A stretch of DNA of 64,000 bases, taken from sequence record SRR31156797_8480, one strand, 5' to 3'. Below the pieces are notes generated by a model, which was not told where the DNA came from, made no database searches, and was given only the letters and a program-made list of their open reading frames with translations. The stretch's first letter is position 1. Each line of letters starts with the position of its first letter. Of this stretch, positions 27,913 through 40,041 are shown in pieces. The position numbers were made by a program, and so were the translations under genes.

Positions 27913-28593
27913 CTATCCAGTTATTGAATTAGCTCGAAACTTGTTTAATAGCCATTTCGCCATCATAGGGAATAGCCCTAATAGCACAAACGACAGCAGT
28001 ACTGTCGGAGATACAATACCCGCTAATGAGTTGATCTCGGATAACTGTGTGCCTGCATTTAAGTATACGGCGGTACCCGGCAACATACCAATCTGACTTA
28101 CCCAGTAGAAGCGGAACATCGAAATCGGCATGAGTCCCATGAGTAGATTGATTAGGAAAAATGGGAAGACTGGAATTAGACGAAGAGAAAACAGGTAGAA
28201 AGCACCGTCTTTCTTGACGCCTTCATTAATTGCCACGAGTTTAGAACTGAAGCGAGTCTGTACCCAGTTCCGTAGCAAATAGCGACTGCTGAGAAACGCA
28301 ATGGTTGCACCGATGGTACTGGCAAATGACACCAGTGCCAGGCTTAACCAGAAGCCAAATAAGGCAGCGCCGAGTAGGGTGACTACCGCCGCACCCGGAA
28401 TTGACAATGCAGTGATCGCGATATAGAGAATGAAGTAAGTTGCCGCCGCAACCAATAAGTTTTGCTCAATGAATAGCGTTAAAGAAGCTTGTTGAGCTTT
28501 AGCGTTTTCTAAGGTTAAGTACTGACTAAACTCAATACCTAAATAAATGATAGCCACAACCAGTACTATCCCCAATACGCTTTTTTTACTCAT
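27913..28593 (-). CDS. TVP38/TMEM64 (DedA superfamily) membrane protein
   Basis: SIPGA, STIGATIAF and LRLIPVFPFFLIN motifs. Confidence 0.88.
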   Translation of the reverse strand: MSKKSVLGIVLVVAIIYLGIEFSQYLTLENAKAQQASLTLFIEQNLLVAAATYFILYIAITALSIPGAAVVTLLGAALFGFWLSLALVSFASTIGATIAFLSSRYLLRNWVQTRFSSKLVAINEGVKKDGAFYLFSLRLIPVFPFFLINLLMGLMPISMFRFYWVSQIGMLPGTAVYLNAGTQLSEINSLAGIVSPTVLLSFVLLGLFPMMAKWLLNKFRANSITG

Positions 28594-28748
28594 CTATGCT
28601 CGTTCCTTCAGTCGATGTTGAAGTCATTACTAATAACGTTAGTCGCCACAATGACGGACTCGTCTAGATTAAGACAGGCATTAGATTGATTTTATTTCAA
28701 TAGGCATTAAAAAAGCACTCTAAATAGAGTGCTTGTAGAATAAAAAGC

Positions 28749-29336
28749 TTAGAGCTTTTGAATGAGTTCGTCGCGTCGAGCTTGGGGGATCACCGACCAA
28801 TGCTTGCCTTCGATAGCACCTTCCAGAGCCCATAATAGTTCAATGCTTACGTCACTGGTGTGTGTTTCCTGAACTGCACGATAGGCTTCAACCGCGCCTT
28901 TTTGTTGCAGCATATCAACAGAATCGATACCTGCTTTTTTCAGCATACGCTCTGTCGCTAAACGCATATTAGGGAGATCTTTTAAGCGGTCAGGTTTCGC
29001 TTGCGCTTGAACTTTACGTTCGTTCTTGGCGACGTCTAACGCTGCTTTCGCTTGAGCTAAAATTTGCTGAGGGTTTTCCCAAGAATCTTCGGGAAGGGCA
29101 AAATATTTTGTGACCACGGGAAACCCGCGTTTTTTATACACGTAAGGTTCGTAACCTTGCTGCTGAAAGGCTTTTGATGATTTTTCATCCGCACGTATGT
29201 GTAGTTGCTCTCTCACAACTAAAGCGAACATTGTGTCATCAATGAAAATGCCAAACCCTCCGAACATTGAGCGAGATTTCACTTGCCCCAACTGTTCAAA
29301 AAGTCGCATTGAATCTTTAAGTACTGGTTTATCCAT
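28749..29336 (-). CDS. tfoY: TfoX/Sxy-family regulator TfoY
   Basis: [10 protein letters not shown]-domain and RLKDLPN / [10 protein letters not shown]-domain; preceded by a Vc2-type riboswitch and next to purR. Confidence 0.88.
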   Translation of the reverse strand: MDKPVLKDSMRLFEQLGQVKSRSMFGGFGIFIDDTMFALVVREQLHIRADEKSSKAFQQQGYEPYVYKKRGFPVVTKYFALPEDSWENPQQILAQAKAALDVAKNERKVQAQAKPDRLKDLPNMRLATERMLKKAGIDSVDMLQQKGAVEAYRAVQETHTSDVSIELLWALEGAIEGKHWSVIPQARRDELIQKL

Positions 29337-29447
29337 GCTGTTAGTCTCGGTGTATTTACTAATACGCCACCAAATTCAGGTCCGAGAGAATAGCAAAAGA
29401 ACACATCGAGTATGTCAGTGATGAGTCAACTCATGTATACCTTTTTG

Positions 29448-29552
29448 CCATCGGCAACCCCGCTACCTACCTTTTACTTCATTCTAGTAACTGGTTTAGG
29501 CCGGAGGCTTTGCGTCCCACCCTTTCGGATGGTTTGCCCTGTGCGTGACATT
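29448..29552 (-). ncRNA. c-di-GMP-I (GEMM / Vc2-type) riboswitch
   Basis: Minus strand reads GTCACGCACAGGGCAAACCATCCGAAAGGGTGGGACGCAAAGCCTCCGGCCTAAACC...GGTAGGTAGCGGGGTTGCCGATGG, nearly identical to the Vc2 aptamer as I recall it. Confidence 0.96.
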
Positions 29553-29711
29553 ACTACAAGAAATAATAATAAAAACTTTGAATAAGCATCACAAAAATCT
29601 AGCTCAATTGTGACATTGCTTCAACAAATAGAGGCTCTATTTGCGTTTTCACTCATTTTAAATCTTTTTGCGATTGATGTCTCAATCTCTGAGTTGTATT
29701 TATCTTGGTGA

Positions 29712-30719
29712 CTACTTAGTTAAATCTCTCACGGTGTCGCGTTCAACAATTTCAGGATGCATTTCAAAGATTCTGCGCTCGTGCTCTTTGTCTTTGATTC
29801 GTTCAAGTAAAATTTCAAACGCGTTCTTACCGACACGGCGTTTTGGTTGGTGAACCGTGGTCAGTGGTGGAGAAAAATATTCCGCTAACTCAATGTTATC
29901 GTAACCAATGACTGACATATCTTCAGGGACACGAATGCCTCTTTGCTGCAGGCGTGACATCAGTCCAAGTGCCATCGTGTCGTTAAAACAGAACACAGCC
30001 GTTGGTTTTTTATCCATTGCGATGATTTTGTCTGCCGCGAGTACTGCTGTATCACATTCGAAGTTACCTTCTAAGATCCAGTTTTCTTCAACTGGGTAAT
30101 TGGATTCAGCCATCGCACGACGGAAACCCGCAATACGCTCCTGACAGGCAAGTTTGGTTAAGTGGCCACTTAGGCAAGCGATATCTTTATGACCGCGATC
30201 GGTCAGGTATTTAGTCGCAAGATAACCACCAAGTTCTGAGTTATCGATGATTTTGTCAGCTTTAGACGCTTCAGGGCCCCAATCCATGATCACTTTTGGG
30301 ATGTCAGAGTGGCTTTCAAGCATTTCAGAAAGCTCCTGGGTTAGGTCTGAACACATCACTAAAATGCCATCGACACGCTTTTCAGCCAACATGCGAATAT
30401 AGTCACGTTGCTTCTCGTAGATACCACCTGTATTACATAAAATCAGCGTATAGCCTTGGCGGTAACAGTAGCTCTCTACACCATCGATTACTTCTGAGAA
30501 GAAGAGGTTGGTCGATTGTGTTACCAGCATACCGATCGTTCGAGTGGTATTGCACTTAAGGCTACGAGCTACTGCACTAGGTGCATAGTTCAGTTCTTTT
30601 ACTGCTTCAAGTACTTTCTCTTGCGTTGCTTCTGCAACAAAACGAGTTTTATTAATAACATGTGATACGGTCGTCGTTGAAACGCCTGCTAGACGAGCAA
30701 CATCTTTAATCGTAGCCAT
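29712..30719 (-). CDS. purR: LacI-family purine repressor PurR
   Basis: [36 protein letters not shown] and PLTTVHQPK motifs. Confidence 0.93.
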   Translation of the reverse strand: MATIKDVARLAGVSTTTVSHVINKTRFVAEATQEKVLEAVKELNYAPSAVARSLKCNTTRTIGMLVTQSTNLFFSEVIDGVESYCYRQGYTLILCNTGGIYEKQRDYIRMLAEKRVDGILVMCSDLTQELSEMLESHSDIPKVIMDWGPEASKADKIIDNSELGGYLATKYLTDRGHKDIACLSGHLTKLACQERIAGFRRAMAESNYPVEENWILEGNFECDTAVLAADKIIAMDKKPTAVFCFNDTMALGLMSRLQQRGIRVPEDMSVIGYDNIELAEYFSPPLTTVHQPKRRVGKNAFEILLERIKDKEHERRIFEMHPEIVERDTVRDLTK

Positions 30720-30840
30720 AGATCTGTCCTGTTTTGACTGCTGATTGTAGCTAAATTTTATTAGGCTAATGGGATCTGCTTACCGACCCGATTCAGCAGA
30801 ATTAGGACCCTACATTGAGTGGTAAGGTCTAAAGTAAGCT

Positions 30841-30872
30841 AAAAAACAAAAACCGCTTTTAGACAGCGGTTT
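30841..30872 (-). terminator. Intrinsic terminator between torD and purR
   Basis: Minus strand AAACCGCT-GTCTAAA-AGCGGTTT followed by TTGTTTTTT. Confidence 0.65.
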
Positions 30873-30995
30873 GCGTTTGAAAATGATTCAATTTTTGTGT
30901 ATTGGAGTTTAAACCGCAAACGGTATACTCGCAATGGCAAATCATTAAGCAAACTCAACGGTAGTCACAATTTAACCTCAAAGGGCAACGGACTA

Positions 30996-31643
30996 TTAGT
31001 CGCCAGTAAGATAATTCAAATCTAGCTGAAGAAAAGCGACTAATAATACGGATATTGACGCATAAAATCCCAATTTATCTTTCTCAGCGCAATGAAAAGA
31101 AAATTCCGGCATCCAGGTCAGTAAATGGTTACGTATGTATTCGGCCTGAAACGTTAATGCTTGTTCCATATGTGTCGATTTTTCCAGTTCATTGGATCGA
31201 ATAATAAGGTGGCTTAAAAAATCCAACTCTACAGCTAAGTGATCATAAGGTTCATCGGTATGCTCTTGAACATGGACACCATTTGTTTCCATTAATTCGG
31301 CGATGAGCTGAGCAGGAGTCTTGTCCTTAAGTTGCGATTTATCGATGTACAGAGAAGCGTAGGGTAATACAGAAGATTGGTCGCACTTTAAAAACAAGTT
31401 GTAATAACTTTCTGCCAGTAATACCTGAGCATTATCTGTGCGCAAAAGCTGATCTAATTGGCTGCAGAATTGTTTTACTGATGACTCCAACTGCTTATTT
31501 TCACAAAGTCCAGCCAGAAATGTTCGAATTTCCGGGCGATTATATTGATCCAGTTCTTTAGCGCTGAGTTCACTTGCAAACACACTCGATAGCCACCAAT
31601 ACATTTCAGCGCGTTTTTCGTTAAATGCTTTAATTTGTTGCAT
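30996..31643 (-). CDS. torD: TorD-family molybdoenzyme chaperone
   Basis: RAEMYWWLSS, LPYASLY and EPYDHLAVEL motifs. Confidence 0.8.
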   Translation of the reverse strand: MQQIKAFNEKRAEMYWWLSSVFASELSAKELDQYNRPEIRTFLAGLCENKQLESSVKQFCSQLDQLLRTDNAQVLLAESYYNLFLKCDQSSVLPYASLYIDKSQLKDKTPAQLIAELMETNGVHVQEHTDEPYDHLAVELDFLSHLIIRSNELEKSTHMEQALTFQAEYIRNHLLTWMPEFSFHCAEKDKLGFYASISVLLVAFLQLDLNYLTGD

Positions 31644-31740
31644 ACTCAGACTCCGAAAACGTCGTTATTTTAAGTCTAAGCAATAATTAGGATTTGTATA
31701 AAGTGAAGCTAGAAAAATGTTGTTTAGTGAGAGCCGATTA

Positions 31741-31770
31741 AAATAAAAAGACCTGCGCTAAGGCAGGTCT
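31741..31770 (-). terminator. elyC terminator
   Basis: AGACCTGC-N6-GCAGGTCT with a T-run on the minus strand. Confidence 0.75.
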
Positions 31771-31789
31771 GATTTAACAATGAGAACGG

Positions 31790-32581
31790 CTAGTTCGACT
31801 CTGCCAAAGTGTTAGGATCTGCAATCACATAGTCACGAAGTGACTGCCAGATCTGCCCAATCGTTTCATGCCAATAGCGTTCAGTTTGCTCAAGATAGCG
31901 CGCTTTAGGGGTATATTTTTCCCATGGCTGAGCGATGTTTACTTGAGCCAAATAGTTGGTTGGTGCTGGAATAGGGTTGAGTCCGGCGGCATGAAACTCG
32001 TGCAATGCTCGTTCCATATGGCTCGCAGAAGTCACCAAAACAAGCTTACGGTTTTGTACAAAGGCAGCCGCTTGGCGAGCTTCTTCCCAAGTATCTTTCG
32101 CAGTTTCTAGTAATACGATATCTGATTTTGATACTCCTAGAGCCAAGGCAACCCTAGCTAACATTCGGGCATGACTAAACTCACTACCTCTGGCATAACC
32201 AGAAAGAATCAACTTAGCACCTGGGTACATGCGCATCACACGAATGCCCTCAGTGAGTCGCATTAAAGCGGTGCGAGATAGTTCAGACGTAGGTGGAATG
32301 TCGTCATCAACGACATGACCATTACCCAGAACCATGACGTAATCGATGGTGCCTTCAACAGCGAGGAATGAAGAATACTGACGCTCTAAAGGCATCAGCA
32401 GACGAGTTGATACTGGTTGAAACGAAATAAGGAAAATACCAGTCAGCGACAACAATACCGTTAAACTGCCAGTCTTGCGCTTAGCAGTAAACATGATCAG
32501 CATTAAGCCGATGAATCCCACAATCAGCAGTGCTGGCAAGGGCATTAAAAAGGATGAAAAGATCTTTTTCAGCTCAAACAT
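31790..32581 (-). CDS. elyC: Envelope biogenesis factor ElyC (DUF218)
   Basis: N-terminal TM helices, DTWEEA and LVTSASHMERA motifs; divergent from cmoM-mukFEB. Confidence 0.9.
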   Translation of the reverse strand: MFELKKIFSSFLMPLPALLIVGFIGLMLIMFTAKRKTGSLTVLLSLTGIFLISFQPVSTRLLMPLERQYSSFLAVEGTIDYVMVLGNGHVVDDDIPPTSELSRTALMRLTEGIRVMRMYPGAKLILSGYARGSEFSHARMLARVALALGVSKSDIVLLETAKDTWEEARQAAAFVQNRKLVLVTSASHMERALHEFHAAGLNPIPAPTNYLAQVNIAQPWEKYTPKARYLEQTERYWHETIGQIWQSLRDYVIADPNTLAESN

Positions 32582-32697
32582 AAACAAAATAGTCCGAAAA
32601 AACAGCACTTGATAATAAAAAGGCCGAAAGCCTCTTTATTCCTGCTATTCCTATGACAAAATAGCAGCACGAATCACTTATCATAACCCAAGCTGCC

Positions 32698-33480
32698 GTG
32701 ACTGAAGATCGCAATTTCGACGATATTGCCCACAAATTTGCAAAAAACATATATGGCTCTGACAAAGGAGAGATCCGTCAAGTCATTGTTTGGGAAGATT
32801 TAACCCAATTATTAGCAAGTTTTGACGGCTCTGAAAGCCCTTTGCATATATTAGATGCTGGGGGCGGTTTGGCTCAGATGTCGCAAAAATTGGCTAAGCT
32901 GGGGCACCAAGTCACAGTGTGTGACCTCTCTTCTGAAATGCTCAATTTGGCAAAAAACGATATTGCAAACCATGGTTTGCTTGATCAATATCGGTTGGTT
33001 CATTCATCGGTTCAGACGATTCAAGAGCATTTGTCTCAGCCGGTGGATATGCTGATGTTTCATGCGGTAATGGAATGGCTGGCGGATCCCAAACCCGCGC
33101 TAGAGAACTTGTTGCAACAAGTAAAACCGGGTGGAATGGCTTCGATTATGTTCTACAACTATCACGGGCTAGTATACAAAAACGTAGTTTGTGGCAATAT
33201 TCCGCATGTTTTGGATGGGATGCCACATAAGAAAAGGTTCAAACTTCAACCACAAAAAGGATTACTACCGCATGAGGTATACGAGTGGATTGAAGATTCA
33301 GGATTTGAAATTTTAGGTAAATCGGGTATTCGCTGTTTCAGTGACTATATAGGCAACGTCACTTATCAAGGGGAATACCAATATGATGATGTATTGGCTT
33401 TAGAACGCAAATATTGCCGTCAGGAGCCATACCTCTCATTAGGCCGATACATTCATGTATGGGCTAAGAAAAAACAATAA
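32698..33480 (+). CDS. cmoM: tRNA 5-carboxymethoxyuridine methyltransferase (SmtA)
   Basis: [18 protein letters not shown] and HAVMEW motifs; first gene of the muk operon; GTG start. Confidence 0.93.
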   Translation: MTEDRNFDDIAHKFAKNIYGSDKGEIRQVIVWEDLTQLLASFDGSESPLHILDAGGGLAQMSQKLAKLGHQVTVCDLSSEMLNLAKNDIANHGLLDQYRLVHSSVQTIQEHLSQPVDMLMFHAVMEWLADPKPALENLLQQVKPGGMASIMFYNYHGLVYKNVVCGNIPHVLDGMPHKKRFKLQPQKGLLPHEVYEWIEDSGFEILGKSGIRCFSDYIGNVTYQGEYQYDDVLALERKYCRQEPYLSLGRYIHVWAKKKQ

Positions 33481-33491
33481 CAGGAATAATA

Positions 33492-34829
33492 ATGAGTGAG
33501 TTAACTCAGAACGCTGTTGAGCAACCGATTGATGAATTGGTTAGCTGGGTAAAACAGCATGATTTCTCATTGAACCTCACCACTGAGCGTTTGGCGTTTT
33601 TGATCGCCATAGCGGTACTTAGTAATGAAAGGTTTGATGAAGAACTCGGTGAAGGCGAGCTGCATGATGCATTCACTATAGTCACTCGAATGTTTGAAGA
33701 TACCGGTGATGCATCAGCTTTTCGCGCTAACAACGCCATTAATGAGCTAGTTAAACAACGCCTTATCAGTCGCTTTACCAGTGAATTCACTGAGGGCGTC
33801 AGTATTTATCGCCTGTCGCCATTGGCGGTAGGTATTACCGACTATTATGTTCGTCACCGTGAATTTTCCAAACTTAAGCTTTCTATTCAGCTATCTATGC
33901 TGGCTGATGAGATGGCGAAAGCAGTCGAGTCCGCGCAACAAGGCGGAACCGCAGGACATTGGAAAAAAAATGTGTTTGGTGTGCTTAAGTACTCGGTGGG
34001 TGAGATCTTTGACCGCATTGACTTAAACCAACGCGTGATGGATGAGCAGCAACAAACGGTTAAACAGCAAATCGCGGAGCTTTTAAATAAAGATTGGCGA
34101 GATGCCATTAACAATTGTGAAGCACTGTTGTCGGAAACCTCATCCACACTGCGTGAATTGCAAGACACTCTGCAAACAGCAGGTGATGAACTGCAAACGC
34201 AGATTTTAGATATTCAGGAAATCGTTTACGGAAACCCGGAACTCGAGTTTATTGAGGAAACGCTGTTCGGCCTTCAAATGAAGCTGGATCGCATTACGAG
34301 TTGGGGCCAGCAGGCCATCGATTTGTGGATCGGGTACGACCGACACGTGCATAAGTTCATTCGAACCGCGATTGATATGGACCAAAACCGTGCATTTAGC
34401 CAGCGTTTACGTCAATCAGTTAACGACTACTTTGAACAACCTTGGTTCTTAACTCACGCCGATGCAGAACGTTTAATGGACATGCGCGACGAAGCTCTGG
34501 TACTTCGAGACGATGAAGTGACAGGCAGCGTTCCGGACGAGGTCGAATATGAAGAGTTCCAGCAAGTCAACGATGAACTTGCTGAGAGAATTGGTTCTAT
34601 GCTGCAAGTGCATAAAGACCAAGGACAAGCAATAGATTTGGGTGTTGTACTGCGAGATTACCTCGCTTCTCATCCTAACACCCATCATTTTGATTTAGCA
34701 CGAATTGTTGTCGATCAGGCTGTTCGGTTAGGTTACTCCGAATCAGACTATCGAGCTATTCAGCCAGACTGGCAGGCAATCAACGATTTTGGTGCAAAGG
34801 TACAAGCAAATGTCATCGACAGATATTAA
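33492..34829 (+). CDS. mukF: Chromosome partition protein MukF
   Basis: [21 protein letters not shown] and [10 protein letters not shown] motifs. Confidence 0.96.
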   Translation: MSELTQNAVEQPIDELVSWVKQHDFSLNLTTERLAFLIAIAVLSNERFDEELGEGELHDAFTIVTRMFEDTGDASAFRANNAINELVKQRLISRFTSEFTEGVSIYRLSPLAVGITDYYVRHREFSKLKLSIQLSMLADEMAKAVESAQQGGTAGHWKKNVFGVLKYSVGEIFDRIDLNQRVMDEQQQTVKQQIAELLNKDWRDAINNCEALLSETSSTLRELQDTLQTAGDELQTQILDIQEIVYGNPELEFIEETLFGLQMKLDRITSWGQQAIDLWIGYDRHVHKFIRTAIDMDQNRAFSQRLRQSVNDYFEQPWFLTHADAERLMDMRDEALVLRDDEVTGSVPDEVEYEEFQQVNDELAERIGSMLQVHKDQGQAIDLGVVLRDYLASHPNTHHFDLARIVVDQAVRLGYSESDYRAIQPDWQAINDFGAKVQANVIDRY

Positions 34830-35529
34830 TGAATACATGCCAGAGAATCTGGCAAAAGCGATCAGCAACCCGCTGTTTCCTGCATTGGATAGTGTGTTGC
34901 GTGCTGGTCGTCATATCTCAAGCGACGATTTAGATAATCACGCATTTTTATCCGATTTTGAGCCGGAACTGGCTCTGTTTTATCAGCGTTACAACACTGA
35001 GTTAGTTCGCGCGCCGGAAGGGTTTTTCTATCTGCGTCCACGCTCGACGACTCTGATCAATCGCAGCGTACTCTCTGAGTTGGATATGCTGGTCGGTAAA
35101 GTACTGTGTTTCCTATACCTGAGTCCGGAGCGTCTGGCTCACGAAGGTATTTTTACCAATCAAGAATTGTATGAAGAGTTATTGGCACTGGCGGATGAGA
35201 AAAAACTCATGAAGCTGGTAACCAACCGAGCTAACGGCTCTGATTTGGACAAAGAAAAACTGTTTGAAAAAGTACGCGCATCATTACGCCGCCTGCGTCG
35301 TCTGGGAATGGTGATAAACGTTGGTGAAACGACCAAGTTTAGTATTAGTGAAGCGGTGTTCCGCTTTGGTGCGGATGTACGTGTGGGCGATGATATGCGT
35401 GAAGCACAACTTCGTTTGATCCGTGATGGTGAAGCCGTCGTACACACTCAAGAGCCAAATCAACAGAGTTTGCTGGATGATGAAGATAACGATCAAGCCG
35501 ATGATACAGAACTGGAAGGTGAAGCATGA
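34810..35529 (+). CDS. mukE: Chromosome partition protein MukE
   Basis: [25 protein letters not shown] and FRFGADVR motifs; start ATG 34810. Confidence 0.96.
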   Translation: MSSTDINEYMPENLAKAISNPLFPALDSVLRAGRHISSDDLDNHAFLSDFEPELALFYQRYNTELVRAPEGFFYLRPRSTTLINRSVLSELDMLVGKVLCFLYLSPERLAHEGIFTNQELYEELLALADEKKLMKLVTNRANGSDLDKEKLFEKVRASLRRLRRLGMVINVGETTKFSISEAVFRFGADVRVGDDMREAQLRLIRDGEAVVHTQEPNQQSLLDDEDNDQADDTELEGEA

Positions 35530-38500
35530 TTGAAAGAGGTAAATATCAATCGCTAACCATGATCAACTGGAACGGCTTTTTTGCACGTACTTTTGATATT
35601 GATAACTTGGTTACGACGCTATCTGGCGGTAATGGTGCGGGTAAATCGACCACCATGGCGGCATTCATCACGGCATTGATTCCGGATCAAAGCTTGCTGC
35701 ATTTCCGCAACACAACAGAAGCGGGAAGCTCACAAGCATCTCGTGACAAAGGTTTGTTCGGTAAGTTGCAACCGGGTGCCTGTTACGCGGCATTGGATGT
35801 GGTTAACTCACGTAAGCAACGTTTACTGTTCGGCGTTAAGCTGCAACAGGTAGCGGGTCGCGATAAGAAAGTCGATATCAAGCCCTTCCTTATCCAGGGC
35901 TTACCAAGCCATATCAAACCCACTGATATTCTCATCGAGACCGTCTCTGATAAGCATGCCCGTGTTCGCCAGATCAACGATGTGAAAGCTGCGGTGGCGG
36001 ACATTGAAGGCGCTCACTTCAAAGCGTTTAATTCGACAGTGGACTACCACGCGCAAATGTTTGAGTTGGGTGTACTGCCGAAGAAACTTCGCAGCAGTAG
36101 TGATCGTTCAAAGTTCTATCGTTTGATTGAAGCATCACTTTACGGCGGTATTTCCAGTGCGATTACCCGTTCTTTGCGTGACTACTTACTGCCGCAAAAT
36201 GGTGGTGTAAAGAAAGCATTCCAGGATATGGAATCTGCACTGCGTGAAAACCGTATGACACTGGAAGCGATTAAGTCGACTCAGGCTGATCGTGATCTGT
36301 TCAAGCATCTTATTACGGAATCGACCAATTACGTTGCTGCTGACTACATGCGTCACGCGAATGATCGTCGCAATAAAGTGGGTCAAACTCTGGAGTTACG
36401 TAAAGAGCTGCTTACTTCTCGCGAAACCTTGGTTGAGCAAAATAGTTTGCTTAATCGCGTTCATGAAGAACTTGAAATGCTGGTTGAGCAAGAGTCCGCG
36501 CTTGAGCAAGATTATCAAGGCGCTTCAGACCACCTACAACTGGTGCAAAACGCGTTGCGTCAGCAAGAGAAGATTGAGCGCTATCAGGATGATCTTGAAG
36601 AACTAAGCATGCGTCTTGAAGAGCAGATGATGGTGGTGGAAGAAGCTCAGGAACGCTTGTTAGAAGCGGAAGAGCAAGCGACGGTTGCAGAAGAAGAGGT
36701 GGATAGCCTAAAAACTCAGCTGGCTGACTACCAACAAGCTCTGGATGTTCAACAAACTCGAGCTTTGCAGTACCAACAAGCTCTGCAAGCTTTGAACAAA
36801 GCGCAGCAACTGTTAGATGATGACTCCATCACGGCTGAAAACGCAGCGGCTCAGGTATCACAGCTCAAGCAGCAACAAGAAGAGCGTACTTCAGAGCTAT
36901 TGGCGTTAAAACACAAGCTGGATATGTCTTCGGCTGCCGCTTCTCAGTTTGAGCAAGCTTATGGCTTAGTGAAAAGCGTGCTGGGCGACGTGACTCGTCA
37001 AGATGCAGCGAAAGAAGCTCGCACTGTGATTCGCAAGGCAAGTAATGCTAAGCAAGTGACTCAAAACGAGCAGCAATGGTATTCACAACAACGTGATTTA
37101 GAGCGTCGTTTAGAGCAACAGAATAGTGTTCGTAAGCTGGTTGATGAATATCAGAAACAACATAACCTTGTGTTGAGCGATGAAATCGCCGTTGAGCAAG
37201 AGCTAGAACGTCACAACGCAGTTTTAGAAAGCTTAGAAACCACGCAAGAAGATCTTCGGGAAAAACGCAGTGAACAGCGTCGCCTAGAGCAAGATCAGCA
37301 AGCTCAAATTAAGCAGCTTGAAACCATCGCACCAGCGTGGATAAAAGCGAATGATGCTTTGGAAGCACTGCGTGAGCAAAGTGGCGCTGAACTTCTGAAT
37401 AGCCAGTCAGTGATGTCAGAAATGCAGCAAGTGTTAGAGCAGGAGAAAATCCAGTCTAACGCCAAAGATAAGCTGGCAGAACGTCGTGCGAAATTGGAAG
37501 AAGAGATTGAACGTTTAGCTTCACCAAGTGGCTCCAATGATCCTCGTCTTAAAGGCTTGGCTGATACATTAGGCGGTGTGCTGCTGTCTGAAATTTATGA
37601 TGACATCACGATTGATGATGCGCCGTATTTCAGTGCAATGTACGGTCCTGCACGTCATGCCATTGTTGTTTCTGATTTGACCGGTATTAAAGAAAAACTG
37701 ATTGAACTGGATGACTGCCCTGAAGATCTTTACCTGATTGAAGGTGACGTCGACGCATTTGATGATAGTTCATTTAATGCCGAAGAATTGGATGGCGCCG
37801 TCTGTGTACAGTTTAACGATCGTCAGATCCGTTACTCCCGTTTACCAGAAATTCCACTGTTTGGCCGTGCGGCTCGTGAACAGCGTTTAGAGTTGTTACG
37901 TGGTGAACGTGAAGAAGTCGTCGAACAACACGCCAAAGCGGCGTTTGATTCGCAAAAGCTACAGCGTTTGTACACCAGCTTTAATGAGTTTGTGGCAAAA
38001 CATCTGCAAGTTGCGTTTGATGCCGATCCAGAACAAGCGATTCAGGTTGCGCGTGAAAAACGTAACCAGATTGCACGTGTGCTTTCTGAACTGGACAGTC
38101 AGGAGCAACAACAACGTAGTCAGCTTCAATTGAGCAAGCAGGCGATTTCTGCTTTAGAGAAAATCGCGCCAAACATGCTGCTGATTGAAGATGATTCATT
38201 GCCAGAGCGCGTTGAAGAAACAGAGCTGAAAATTTCTCAGCTAAGCGAATCAAAAGCTTTCATTACTGCTCACGGTAAAGCGATTGAACAGTTGGAAAAA
38301 GTCGTTAATGCACTGGATGCTGACCCAGAGCAGTTCGATGCGTTAGAAGAACAGTATCAACAAGCTGATGCTCAACTGCAGAAACTGAAAGCGCAAATTT
38401 TTGCTCTGTCTGATTTAGTTGAGCGCCGTCATTACTTTGCTTATTCCGATTCAGTTGACATGCTGACGCAAAGTAGCGAGCTGAGTGAACAGCTAAAAGC

Positions 38501-39986
38501 GAAGTTGGTACAGGCTGAAAATACCCGAAACCGCAGCCGCGAACAGTTGAAGCAATCGCAAGCTCAAATTGGTCAGTACAATCAGGTGCAGGCGTCTCTT
38601 AAGAGTTCGCATCAGGCAAAACTGGAAACCGTTCAGGAATTTAAACAAGAACTTCAGGAATTTGGTGTTCACGCAGATGAAGGCGCACTGGAGCGTGCTC
38701 AACGTCGTCGTGACGAACTGAATGAACGTCTACATACCTCTCGCGCTCGCAAGAGTGAGTACGAGCGTACGATTACGTCAACAGAGCTTGAGATGAAGTC
38801 TCTGGCGAAACGTCTGAAGAAAGTTGAGAAAGAGTACCGAGATTTACGTACCTTTGTTGTAAACGCCAAAGCGGGCTGGTGTTCAGTACTGCGTTTAGCG
38901 CGTGAGAATGATGTTGAACGTCGTTTGCACAAACGTGAATTGGCGTATCTATCGGCTGATGAACTGCGTTCAATGTCGGATAAATCACTGGGTGCATTGC
39001 GTCTGGCAGTGGCTAACAATGAAGATCTTCGCGATTCGCTTCGTCAATCAGAAGATAACTCACGTCCGGAGCGTAAAGTACTATTTTACATTGCCGTTTA
39101 TCAGCACCTTCGCGAACGAATTCGTCAGGATATTATTCGTACCGATGATCCGGTAGAAGCGATTGAAGAGATGGAAGTGGAGCTGGCTCGTCTGACTGAA
39201 GAGCTGACCCAGCGTGAGAACCGCTTAGCAATCAGCTCTGAATCGGTCGCAAGTATTATCCGTAAAACGATTCAGCGCGAACAAAATCGTATTCGTATGC
39301 TTAACCAAGGCTTGTCGAATATTGCCTTTGGGCAGGTTAAGGGCGTTCGTCTAAATGTGAAAGTCCGTGAAAGTCATGAAATACTGTTAACAGGTTTATC
39401 TGATAATCACGAACAGCACAGAGATCTGTTTGAAAGCTCGCGTTACACCTTCTCAGAAGCGATGGCGAAATTGTTCCAGCGTGTGAATCCGCATATTGAT
39501 ATGGGGCAACGCTCTCCTCAGGTTCTGGGTGAGGAAATGTTGGATTACCGAAACTATCTGGAACTAAGCGTAGAAGTGAGTCGCGGTTCCGACGGTTGGT
39601 TACAGGCGGAGTCTGGCGCGCTATCAACGGGTGAGGCGATCGGTACGGGTCAGTCAATTCTGTTGATGGTGATTCAAAGCTGGGAAGAAGAGTCACGTCG
39701 TCTGCGCAGTAAAGACATCGTTCCTTGTCGCTTATTGTTCCTTGATGAAGCCGCGCGTCTGGACTCGAAGTCGATTGCAACACTGTTTGAACTGTGTGAT
39801 CGCTTAGATATGCAGCTTCTTATTGCCGCTCCGGAAAATATCAGCCCAGAGAAGGGCACAACCTATAAACTGGTACGTAAAGTGTTTAAAGATCATGAAC
39901 ACGTGCATGTTGTTGGTTTACGTGGCTTTGGTCAAACGGAAAAGCCGAAAACTGAAGAGCAGTTATTGGCTGAAGAACTAAGCTGA
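35526..39986 (+). CDS. mukB: Chromosome partition protein MukB (SMC-like)
   Basis: 1486 aa; GGNGAGKST, long coiled coils, ALSTGE and [10 protein letters not shown]. Confidence 0.98.
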   Translation: MIERGKYQSLTMINWNGFFARTFDIDNLVTTLSGGNGAGKSTTMAAFITALIPDQSLLHFRNTTEAGSSQASRDKGLFGKLQPGACYAALDVVNSRKQRLLFGVKLQQVAGRDKKVDIKPFLIQGLPSHIKPTDILIETVSDKHARVRQINDVKAAVADIEGAHFKAFNSTVDYHAQMFELGVLPKKLRSSSDRSKFYRLIEASLYGGISSAITRSLRDYLLPQNGGVKKAFQDMESALRENRMTLEAIKSTQADRDLFKHLITESTNYVAADYMRHANDRRNKVGQTLELRKELLTSRETLVEQNSLLNRVHEELEMLVEQESALEQDYQGASDHLQLVQNALRQQEKIERYQDDLEELSMRLEEQMMVVEEAQERLLEAEEQATVAEEEVDSLKTQLADYQQALDVQQTRALQYQQALQALNKAQQLLDDDSITAENAAAQVSQLKQQQEERTSELLALKHKLDMSSAAASQFEQAYGLVKSVLGDVTRQDAAKEARTVIRKASNAKQVTQNEQQWYSQQRDLERRLEQQNSVRKLVDEYQKQHNLVLSDEIAVEQELERHNAVLESLETTQEDLREKRSEQRRLEQDQQAQIKQLETIAPAWIKANDALEALREQSGAELLNSQSVMSEMQQVLEQEKIQSNAKDKLAERRAKLEEEIERLASPSGSNDPRLKGLADTLGGVLLSEIYDDITIDDAPYFSAMYGPARHAIVVSDLTGIKEKLIELDDCPEDLYLIEGDVDAFDDSSFNAEELDGAVCVQFNDRQIRYSRLPEIPLFGRAAREQRLELLRGEREEVVEQHAKAAFDSQKLQRLYTSFNEFVAKHLQVAFDADPEQAIQVAREKRNQIARVLSELDSQEQQQRSQLQLSKQAISALEKIAPNMLLIEDDSLPERVEETELKISQLSESKAFITAHGKAIEQLEKVVNALDADPEQFDALEEQYQQADAQLQKLKAQIFALSDLVERRHYFAYSDSVDMLTQSSELSEQLKAKLVQAENTRNRSREQLKQSQAQIGQYNQVQASLKSSHQAKLETVQEFKQELQEFGVHADEGALERAQRRRDELNERLHTSRARKSEYERTITSTELEMKSLAKRLKKVEKEYRDLRTFVVNAKAGWCSVLRLARENDVERRLHKRELAYLSADELRSMSDKSLGALRLAVANNEDLRDSLRQSEDNSRPERKVLFYIAVYQHLRERIRQDIIRTDDPVEAIEEMEVELARLTEELTQRENRLAISSESVASIIRKTIQREQNRIRMLNQGLSNIAFGQVKGVRLNVKVRESHEILLTGLSDNHEQHRDLFESSRYTFSEAMAKLFQRVNPHIDMGQRSPQVLGEEMLDYRNYLELSVEVSRGSDGWLQAESGALSTGEAIGTGQSILLMVIQSWEEESRRLRSKDIVPCRLLFLDEAARLDSKSIATLFELCDRLDMQLLIAAPENISPEKGTTYKLVRKVFKDHEHVHVVGLRGFGQTEKPKTEEQLLAEELS

Positions 39987-40003
39987 TGATTGGATTCTGA
40001 GTT

Positions 40004-40039
40004 AAAACGCCTTCACGAACTTTTCGTGAGGGCGTTTTT
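40004..40039 (+). terminator. mukB terminator
   Basis: AAAACGCCTTCACGAA-CTT-TTCGTGAGGGCGTTTTT. Confidence 0.85.
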
Positions 40040-40041
40040 GT

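Noticed and set aside
29578-29624. CRP-like half-sites upstream of the tfoY riboswitch
   Set aside because: Only one half of TGTGA-N6-TCACA matches in each case.
33506-39859. Many 60-150 aa antisense or alternate-frame ORFs inside mukFEB (likewise in his, icd, topA, aspS and the ABC genes)
   Set aside because: Shadow ORFs expected from codon bias of long genes; no motifs or evident SD.
35526-39986. mukFEB as a Wadjet/MksBEFG defence system
   Set aside because: Canonical cmoM-mukF-mukE-mukB housekeeping order with no JetD/MksG nuclease gene.
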